Shown here: piece by piece, positions 58,101 to 64,000 of the stretch
Layout: every line of letters begins with the position of its first letter
How positions within the stretch are numbered: position 1 is the stretch's first letter
Origin: Naegleria gruberi
Taxonomy: Eukaryota
DNA length: 64,000 nucleotides
Strand: one strand, 5' to 3'
Assembly (NCBI GenBank): GCA_000004985.1
Contig: GG738897.1
The notes under the pieces: generated by a model
Databases searched by the model: none
What the model was told of the DNA's origin: nothing
The model's input: only the letters and a program-made list of their open reading frames with translations
Program-made: the position numbers and the translations under genes

Positions 58101-59326
58101 ATCCTAGAAATAATGGTGTGATAACAGTCACCAAATTTGATCATTTTGTGGAACATGATATTGTGTATAGTCCAATTAATACTCAAAATGGAACACTTTC
58201 ACAATATACAGCTCAATACTATGATCACTTTATCAAAATATTGGCAAGTGTTTGTTTGAATAGAACTAAAAAGAAGTTCTTTGGAATGTCAGAAAGAACA
58301 TTCTACAGTATTCTATACGATTGTGTTTCTGATAACAGTTTGGTAATGATTAATGATCCATCACTGAGATATATGAATACTCATAGAATTCACTTGTTAT
58401 TGGAATATTTTGATTCAAAGAAATATGCCCAGAAATATCAACAACAATATCAACAATCCAAGGATATTAGTTTAATGGAATTCTTGTTGGATATTGGTGA
58501 ATTGGTTGATATTTTCAATTTTATTTGTAAATATTGTAATAATTACTTATCAACAGTTTATGATCCAACATCAATCATGGTAGATAGTACTCATAGAGAT
58601 GAATTCCTCTCAATTGTTGAATTATTGAATCAGATGAACTTTTGTTTAGGATACACTCCAAAAAAACTTGATGTTTATGCAATTAATATTCATTTGAAAG
58701 GAAGTGTTGAAAATGTACTTCAACTCACAAGAGCAACAGAGGATATTGCTAAATTTGTTGGATCTAAGAAGAATCTCAAAGTTGATGATCTAGTTCACAT
58801 ATCAAAGTTTGCCAGATGTACTCTGTGTCCAATTCTTGAACGAATTTTCAAGCAGGGAATTAAATTCCAATCAGTAATGAAAGGATACTATCACATATGG
58901 AGTGTAATTCTTGAAATGTTTTATTATTTACAATATCAATTGCCTGATTATGTAAAGAGTGGGTTGTCGACTGCCATTGCCCAACAGGAATTAATTGACA
59001 CTTCAGGTTTGAGTAATGAACAATTACACTACTTTGATTTTGTTCATTACACACTCCTTATTTCTAAATCCATTACTAGAAACGAGCTGCTTTTCGATAG
59101 GCATTTACATTTTAGAACTTGGTTGTGTTTGGCATTGAATCATCACAGATTATTCAATTTTATTAATTTAATATTCAAGAATCAAGCTATACTGAAGAGA
59201 TATTACAATATTGAAGCATCTATATTAGATCCTCACGTTCAAGAATTAATATTATCATGTGTGAACACACTGTGTGAAATTGATTTCCAAATCAAATTGG
59301 ACCATCCTGAAATGTATAATTTTTAA
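55127..59326 (+). CDS. Large RUN-domain-containing protein (C-terminal RUN domain)
   Basis: 1399-aa uninterrupted ORF. The C-terminal 'HFRTWLCLALNHHRLFNFINLIFKNQAILKRYYNIEASILDPHVQELILSCVNTLCEIDFQIKL' matches the end of the RUN-domain consensus. The centre has coiled-coil segments and two copies of an 'LLNS(L/I)LA(E/D)DDG' motif. Confidence 0.5.
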   Translation: MSNSNPRGGGYGESASSSLGGGGQVKESKRYTMDFKKLGLNPMNLNKSSNNSKTNNLGGANSLLQQIINDDKNYHLQQVGEVIEGQTTEGINDVFFNVPPGKFKVQVSNTTGTGLRIFSSVVLRADVSCQSSVTSTIQNDNDQLHNSENIEKGNSWSTLVTTPMDSQQSTIRITLFCEPPDAKCSYKIQVHQIFNIVHTKGFELGKGEENDYKFDLSPGQYHIFVQSLNSQPFACSYQLANSTSYSEDNIKDLKILPHPIVVIIEDDQQQSTNLLDVKVASKTQKAVKAKLLILQSISEFELKRTLDSEQRVTINEFKSLIDDSYRERNVETMQGLELMLTDLYEKKGSRFQPIHAYGKAMKTHLEESLELEKQLKEITHVDNNLLKSNLLDNLIKQFKNLKYLTEKNKLDTKVLINLSESEQKVIKFKEIVKKINEWKPKLKEVLHNPDSKVLQETLDQISDDTLLQDDSCSEIINNMLEEPSILLKRLQAVDKTKKKIKKFVAEENETALQSLKPVIEDYDKVERKYIEKEYNLILQTLEKISLRKNAEKKLREAILTKQTHRIGADIKAFEPYLKGTDLLRDAKQILEDLLDNGDADVSKYLHGADEVIVASPPIQKSTPKQPEPKNPSSPVVKIPLTNKEDLLNSLLAEDDGLPSARGENTEPLKATTINSPTTSTSAVEPSTASSVKSPQEEQVQTEREKKDALLNSILADDDGYEEQVTNIQQPSAAVVATKTVKKIPTKISIPKTKKITKNSDSGKIINSIRSPMTDKQKTGSTDTQSDISELSDSDYEMSDDEDEIPKPKASLLESLGSIYSDVLTEDDKKSSENIASSPIPLDILLRKPSSTPTEIPKKDQDFTPKNSSPIVSSMSPKEQQPLPTIKTSIEKKAEQTVTFSPQFPTPKPKKTVFSQASVLQNKKQWQDELKQKENSLLERFERMISKPVSNTLDINNKEMVKLMMRQHKISNHPLLNQLHQEILILINSNGGDPRNNGVITVTKFDHFVEHDIVYSPINTQNGTLSQYTAQYYDHFIKILASVCLNRTKKKFFGMSERTFYSILYDCVSDNSLVMINDPSLRYMNTHRIHLLLEYFDSKKYAQKYQQQYQQSKDISLMEFLLDIGELVDIFNFICKYCNNYLSTVYDPTSIMVDSTHRDEFLSIVELLNQMNFCLGYTPKKLDVYAINIHLKGSVENVLQLTRATEDIAKFVGSKKNLKVDDLVHISKFARCTLCPILERIFKQGIKFQSVMKGYYHIWSVILEMFYYLQYQLPDYVKSGLSTAIAQQELIDTSGLSNEQLHYFDFVHYTLLISKSITRNELLFDRHLHFRTWLCLALNHHRLFNFINLIFKNQAILKRYYNIEASILDPHVQELILSCVNTLCEIDFQIKLDHPEMYNF

Positions 59327-59327
59327 T

Positions 59328-60554
59328 TTATTTAACAATATTAAATTTTGAAATTTTCTTAGCTAGATATGTTGATAAAAAGTTTAATCCCTTCACTGTA
59401 ATGATTATCTCAATTTCGAATTTTCTTAATTTCATACTTTGCAATTCATCTCTGACATGATCTAGTTCTTTTCTTTTGATGGAATCCTTGATATGACGAT
59501 CAATAAGATTAATTTCTCTTTGAGATATTGGCTGATTGTAATAATGTGGAATGTCCTTAACATCTTCGTAATTCATTCCAAGCCATTGAAGTCTATCTTT
59601 GAGTGCTGACTCTTGTTGAACTTTGTGTCTACTCATTTCAACACTTCCATACTTGTATGTACTCATAATTTGATATCCAAAAATATTGAAATCACATAAA
59701 GCATATAATCTAGCATTTGGAAATCTAGTAGAAACATGTTTCACAACATAACGAGTCACAATCGATGGATATCCACATCCAGTAATCAACAAACAATTCC
59801 TAACAAGTTTGAAAATCTTATCTTCCACAAGTCTTCTAAATATTGCATCTTTCTCAATAATTAACACAGTGTCCACATTTCCAAAATAATCAATTGAGGG
59901 AAAATCTCCTGGAATGCTTTCCACTGAGGCCTGTTTGTTTCCATTAAGCGATAACAAGCTATTTCCTCTTCCATCATTGCTGTAAATAAATCCCTTACTC
60001 ATGCAAATGATATTCAATAAGGATCTGTCAACCTTCAACACATCACCAACAGTTGACAAACATCTATTACATTGAATTTGATCCCTGAATGTAGTAACAT
60101 TCATATAAAACAATTCTCTCTGAGTAATCTTCTTCCTACAATTCAACAGTAAATGAACATCCTTCATCAACAGCCAAACAAGATGATTCTTCTTAAGATG
60201 ATTATTTTTCAAACTCTTCTTCTCAAATGTTCCACTTTTTGATTTAATTATTTGATGAAGCCTTTCTCCATTAGACTGATTCGAATCCCTTGTTCCGAAT
60301 GAATAATTTAAAATCAAATCTTGTCCATTCTTTTCATCATTCTCAATCAATTTAAATAGAAACTCCAAAACATATGATTCAATCAATGATATAATCTCCT
60401 CATTCGGTAGTAAATAGTGAATCTCACACATCTTTTCAATATCAAACAAGTTTAATTCATCTTCCATATCATCTTCATTCTCCTCCAAAACAAGCCTTGT
60501 TGCATTTTCAGACAAGCCTTGTTCCTCATCCTCAGCATCGTTCTCATGATTCAT
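59328..60554 (-). CDS. SPO11: SPO11 / topoisomerase VI subunit A homologue (meiotic DSB transesterase)
   Basis: 5Y-CAP motif 'TQRELFYMNVTTFRDQ' carries the catalytic Tyr (compare yeast 'TVRDIFYSNVELFQRQ'). Toprim 'VLIIEKDAIFRRL' supplies the Glu, and 'ITGCGYPSIVTRYVV' is present. The Toprim acidic motif reads 'CDFNIFG', D-x-N instead of D-x-D-P. Confidence 0.8.
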   Translation of the reverse strand: MNHENDAEDEEQGLSENATRLVLEENEDDMEDELNLFDIEKMCEIHYLLPNEEIISLIESYVLEFLFKLIENDEKNGQDLILNYSFGTRDSNQSNGERLHQIIKSKSGTFEKKSLKNNHLKKNHLVWLLMKDVHLLLNCRKKITQRELFYMNVTTFRDQIQCNRCLSTVGDVLKVDRSLLNIICMSKGFIYSNDGRGNSLLSLNGNKQASVESIPGDFPSIDYFGNVDTVLIIEKDAIFRRLVEDKIFKLVRNCLLITGCGYPSIVTRYVVKHVSTRFPNARLYALCDFNIFGYQIMSTYKYGSVEMSRHKVQQESALKDRLQWLGMNYEDVKDIPHYYNQPISQREINLIDRHIKDSIKRKELDHVRDELQSMKLRKFEIEIIITVKGLNFLSTYLAKKISKFNIVK

Positions 60555-60723
60555 TGTAATACAATTTACTCTAAATCTCTTTCAATGTTGTTTTATTTTT
60601 TTTAAAGCCTAAAATTAATCAATTAATAATGAATTTGAATGAATTAATCGATAAATTAATGAGTGGTGCATTGTTTTTGTACATTAAGAGTAATCTAACT
60701 TCTCCTATTGGCAGCTTTAATAT

Positions 60724-61392
60724 TTACATTAATTTTGTTGTTTGTAGACTACAATTTGAGTTAATAAGATGTTGGAATATATTAGTTTCATAATACTTAC
60801 AATGAGGATTAAGTCTTAGTTTGTTTAAAAACTTTTGTAACCATGTATCTAGAATATTGGTTGGCAAAACGAGCATTTCTCTCATAGTACCTGATTCATT
60901 AACTTGATATGGCTTAGTAAAGCTTGACATGAAATTGAATAAATCATTGGCAATAGCCTTGACTAATTGTTGAACTTGAGATTGTTCCATTTGTTGTTTT
61001 CCGACAGCATTACAAGTCAAATTATTAATTGTATCAATTGGTTCTAAGGAAATACCAACAAATAATTGATCAACATTATTATTATAATTAATTCCTTGGA
61101 AAGCAGATTGAACACTTGATGATGAATCAAAGGATAAAGGAACGTGAATATGTGTACTTGGTTTATCAATTGTCAAGAAATCCAAAAATTCCCAATTATT
61201 TGAATCTTTAGAAATATAAATTGTAAATCCGTGGCTTAATGGAGGCATTCCAACATTTGGCAATGCAAAAATCGTCAACTCCGATATCGATTGTCCATTC
61301 ACTTTATCAGGTATTTGTATAAACCAACGATTTTCACCCACTTGATTAAAATTTGCATAACAAGGTCTTCCAGGACTAACCAATCCAAACAT
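60724..61392 (-). CDS. Hikeshi (DUF775/OPI10) Hsp70 nuclear import carrier
   Basis: 'MFGLVSPGRPCYANFNQVGENRWFIQIPD...' matches the MFGxLVxGR Hikeshi N-terminal signature and fold length. Confidence 0.75.
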   Translation of the reverse strand: MFGLVSPGRPCYANFNQVGENRWFIQIPDKVNGQSISELTIFALPNVGMPPLSHGFTIYISKDSNNWEFLDFLTIDKPSTHIHVPLSFDSSSSVQSAFQGINYNNNVDQLFVGISLEPIDTINNLTCNAVGKQQMEQSQVQQLVKAIANDLFNFMSSFTKPYQVNESGTMREMLVLPTNILDTWLQKFLNKLRLNPHCKYYETNIFQHLINSNCSLQTTKLM

Positions 61393-61486
61393 TTTTTTGA
61401 TTTTGTTTTCTAAAAATAAATTTTCATCAATTTTTTGATATTCTTTTTAGGACCTTCTTCGGAATTGGTTTTCGGAATCAGAAAAA
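61393..61486. promoter_or_regulatory. 94-bp divergent (bidirectional) promoter between the Hikeshi and Vma22-like genes
   Basis: The two start codons are at 61392 (minus) and 61487 (plus) with only 94 bp between them. Confidence 0.3.
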
Positions 61487-62146
61487 ATGCCAAAAAAACA
61501 AAAATCTTCTCCACCAGCAACACAAACTTCCGAAGTTATTGAAGAAAAGGAAGTAACATTAACTGCTGATGAGTCAAAAGTAACAAAGGAGGATAAAGAA
61601 AATTTGGAAATAACAGAAGAATATACAATTAATTATTTATCACTTGTTGATCGATATATGAATATTTATAAAAATGATTTGATACCAAATATTAAAAGTG
61701 GATTTTTTGGTTTGTCTACAACCAGATTGAATATGGGTGCTGAATATTTAGGAATCGAGCATATTCCTAATGAAGATATATTAAAATCAAAAATTCATTT
61801 GGATTCACAATCATTGGAAATTATAGATTTTGATAATGTTGCCAGCCATTTTGATAAATCATTAAAAGAAGAGGATGAAGAAGAAAATGGAAAATCCAAA
61901 CTCAGGAATAGAAAATCGAAAAAAGAAACAGAGGAAACTGAGGAATCAAATGGCTCCAAATTGGAAGCTGACTATGAAGAAAATTTAAAAAAGAAGAATC
62001 CTATTTATTGGTATGGAACCATTCAACTTTCAGAAGATTTAGTTCAAGCTCAATCATATTTTGTAAATGCTCTCAAATCTGCTCTAGAATTAGGGAAAAT
62101 TGTAAAGGAGTTGAATGAATTGGAAGCAAAGAAAACTACCATGTAA
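61487..62146 (+). CDS. Vma22/CCDC115-like V-ATPase assembly factor
   Basis: N-terminal coiled coil. The C-terminal 'NPIYWYGTIQLSEDLVQAQSYFVNALKSALELGKIVKEL' aligns with CCDC115 '[38 protein letters not shown]'. Confidence 0.55.
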   Translation: MPKKQKSSPPATQTSEVIEEKEVTLTADESKVTKEDKENLEITEEYTINYLSLVDRYMNIYKNDLIPNIKSGFFGLSTTRLNMGAEYLGIEHIPNEDILKSKIHLDSQSLEIIDFDNVASHFDKSLKEEDEEENGKSKLRNRKSKKETEETEESNGSKLEADYEENLKKKNPIYWYGTIQLSEDLVQAQSYFVNALKSALELGKIVKELNELEAKKTTM

Positions 62147-62216
62147 ATTCTCATTCCCATCAATTAACTAAAGCCATACTTCCATCATTACTGCCACCAA
62201 GTAGATGTTGTGTTCA

Positions 62217-62696
62217 TTAAGGGCACAATTTCACAAGAGTCTCATTTCCATATTTATCTTTCATAACCTCATAAAATTCATTTGCAATATCACCATCATC
62301 ATCCATATAATAAGGTTGAGCTCCAATTTTATATTCTTTAATATCTTGCAGTGTGAGAATATTTCCTCTTTCATTCATTAATTTTTCTATATTTTCCACT
62401 ATTTTGAAAGATGGATCTATTTGTTTCCTATTGCTACGTTTCAATCCAATATATTTTGATTGTGATGATAGATGAGAAATTGATAAATCACTTTCCATTG
62501 CTTTTGAGGGAAATAAATGTCGGATCAAGGAAGAAAGTCTAGTCACATGTTTAGAAGTCATGTAATGACCACTACATGAATTTTCCGATATTAATAATCC
62601 ATCACCTCGATGACCTATTGTATCTGTTAAATTCCATTCATTCAATTTGATTTCATTTAGTCTTGCCCTGCTGGATATGAAACTCTCCTCTATCAT
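62217..62696 (-). CDS. Hypothetical protein
   Basis: 159-aa ORF with ATG at 62696. No recognisable domain. Confidence 0.3.
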   Translation of the reverse strand: MIEESFISSRARLNEIKLNEWNLTDTIGHRGDGLLISENSCSGHYMTSKHVTRLSSLIRHLFPSKAMESDLSISHLSSQSKYIGLKRSNRKQIDPSFKIVENIEKLMNERGNILTLQDIKEYKIGAQPYYMDDDGDIANEFYEVMKDKYGNETLVKLCP

Positions 62697-62783
62697 GTTG
62701 TTTAATATTTTTTTATTCTTATTTAATTATTGGAATTAATAGATATTAAAACAATAATTAATAAATCATTGTAAAAGGAAAAT

Positions 62784-63194
62784 TTATTCAGTAGGATTGA
62801 AAATGGTTCTATAAATCTTTCCATCTTGTTCATTACGTTCAGCTTGAACAACCATTGAACACTTGAATAATTCCTCATCCTTTTGATCAACTAAAGCTAC
62901 AACAATAACAGCTACATTATTCAACAACATTGGCGATACTCCATCCAAATTAATTCTATCAATTTGATATTTAAATGTTGTTTCTTCCGAAGGTGAATAA
63001 TTCATCACTTCACTCTGTCCCAAAACTACCGACTGTTTAGTATTAGCCATATCCACCACATAGGTTATCTTCCAGTGTACATTTTCCAAATTTTCCAATA
63101 CATTCAGAGAGAAATCCACAACAAAACCATCTTCCAACAAGCCAGCCTTGTTTTCCAAGGTCACTCTCTTCAGGAGAACATTTTTGTTTTGCAT
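62784..63194 (-). CDS. Divergent ASF1-like histone-chaperone-fold protein
   Basis: The true ATG is at 63194; the track start at 63212 is TTG. 'MQNKNVLLKRVTLENKAGLLEDGFVVDFSLNVLENLENVHWKITYVVD...NVAVIVVALVDQKDEELFKCSMVV' lines up with ASF1 'MAKVQVNNVVVLDNPSPFYNPFQFEITFECIEDLSEDLEWKIIYVGS...AVGVTVVLITCTYRGQEFIRVGYYV'. Identity is only about 25%, far below canonical ASF1. Confidence 0.4.
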   Translation of the reverse strand: MQNKNVLLKRVTLENKAGLLEDGFVVDFSLNVLENLENVHWKITYVVDMANTKQSVVLGQSEVMNYSPSEETTFKYQIDRINLDGVSPMLLNNVAVIVVALVDQKDEELFKCSMVVQAERNEQDGKIYRTIFNPTE

Positions 63195-63296
63195 TTTTGT
63201 TGTTGGCTGCAATTTTTAGATTTCTAGCCGTTACATTTAATTTCATCATCAAATAAAACAAGTAAAAAATTACCTTGATTTTTGTACATACAAAAG

Positions 63297-64000
63297 ATGA
63301 CCAAAGTTGTTCGAACAACTCCTATTGATAGATCCAAGAGAACAGCTGTTAAAGGAGATGTTGTATCAGAAGTGAATATTATTCACGGAAAGAGAAAACG
63401 TCGATTGAGTAATAACTCGTTTACTGATGATTATATTGTTTCAAGTCCTAAAACACCAAAGAAGAATAAGAAAAAGACTAAAAAGACACAGCAGAAAAAG
63501 AAGGAATTATCGGAATCCTCAGAGGATGATGATGAACAAGCTGAAGAATCAGAATCAGGAGATGAAATTATTATTCCTCTCTCTGGTAATAGAAATAAGT
63601 ATAAAATTGTGGATGAAGATGATGAGGAAGAGGAAATGGAATTAAAACAAGAACCTGAGGAAGAAATGTATTCATTATTTAGTCAGGAATTGAAAAGAAC
63701 TGAAAGAAAGAAGAAACAATCTTCTTCATCTGCTCCTAAAGAATTATCAACCAAAGTTAAGACTGAAGAACCAGCTATTGCTGTTTGTGATTGTAGTGAA
63801 TTTGGACCTATTCCTGTGGATCCATATAAATTCTTTTCGAAAAAGATTGTAGATAATGTAAAACGTTTGGGTGGTGAATTTCCAGAATTTTACGATTCCA
63901 GAATTCCAATTGTTTATAATGATGTCAAGTTTTTCTCACCTGATTCTTTGAGATTATTTACCCTAATTAAGTGGGGAGGAAAGCAATGTACGTTTTATTC
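63297..64000 (+). CDS. Partial CDS (5' end; runs off the window): basic/acidic nuclear protein with a C-terminal Cys-containing globular region
   Basis: Hand translation from ATG 63297 is open to 64000: 'MTKVVRTTPIDRSKRTAVKGD...KKNKKKTKKTQQKKK...EDDDEQAEESESGDE...CDCSEFGPIPVDPYKFFSKKIVDNVKRLGGEFPEFYDSRIPIVYNDVKFFSPDSLRLFTLIKWGGKQCTFY'. It is absent from the ORF track because no stop falls within the window. Confidence 0.4.
   Translation, partial: MTKVVRTTPIDRSKRTAVKGDVVSEVNIIHGKRKRRLSNNSFTDDYIVSSPKTPKKNKKKTKKTQQKKKELSESSEDDDEQAEESESGDEIIIPLSGNRNKYKIVDEDDEEEEMELKQEPEEEMYSLFSQELKRTERKKKQSSSSAPKELSTKVKTEEPAIAVCDCSEFGPIPVDPYKFFSKKIVDNVKRLGGEFPEFYDSRIPIVYNDVKFFSPDSLRLFTLIKWGGKQCTFY

Noticed and set aside
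1-64000. Prokaryotic defence-island, operon or CRISPR interpretation of the window
   Set aside because: There are numerous GT-AG introns restoring conserved eukaryotic proteins (PAH, TAF5, Arp, SDR, TM2) and a Pol III 5S gene. There are no direct-repeat/spacer arrays and no Shine-Dalgarno-linked operons.

Overview
This window reads as gene-dense nuclear DNA from an AT-rich eukaryote (roughly one-third G+C by eye), not a prokaryotic locus. It carries about 40 protein-coding genes on both strands. Many are interrupted by 1-3 very short spliceosomal introns (36-108 bp, GTAAGT/GTATGT/GTAGGT donors, YAG acceptors); I reconstructed these by hand wherever two ORF-track pieces had to be joined. There is one solitary 5S rRNA gene with a T-run Pol III terminator. 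I found no CRISPR array, operon structure or clear transposon. Confidently recognised genes: phosphoglycerate kinase, aldehyde dehydrogenase, phenylalanine hydroxylase (3 exons), SPO11/topoisomerase-VI-A, TAF5 (LisH + WD40, 3 exons), DCP1, an actin-related protein, a GH15 glucoamylase-like hydrolase, an SDR, a PPPDE/DeSI peptidase, a TM2-domain protein, COA6, Hikeshi, a Vma22/CCDC115-like protein, a TLDc protein, a NEDD8-like ubiquitin-like protein, a PlsC-type acyltransferase, an alpha/beta-hydrolase-fold-3 esterase and an EF-hand protein. There are four F-box proteins, three of them contiguous. Several large low-complexity or orphan proteins are present: one of about 2000 aa, a 1399-aa RUN-domain protein and a 948-aa BRCT protein. 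Codon bias is yeast-like in the highly expressed genes (TTG, AGA, GGT, CCA, GCT, AAG). Together with PAH, SPO11 and mitochondrial genes this points to an early-diverging fungus or an amoebozoan-like protist, but the lineage cannot be settled from this window. Points worth a second look: a 2.1-kb ORF-free block rich in CATG palindromes upstream of an AT-hook gene; SPO11 stopping 1 bp from the stop of a convergent gene and carrying a D-x-N Toprim motif; a divergent ASF1-like protein; two cytochrome-oxidase-related genes flanking PGK; and an F-box gene cluster with the 5S gene beside it. Several ORF-track starts are TTG/GTG artefacts and are corrected below.
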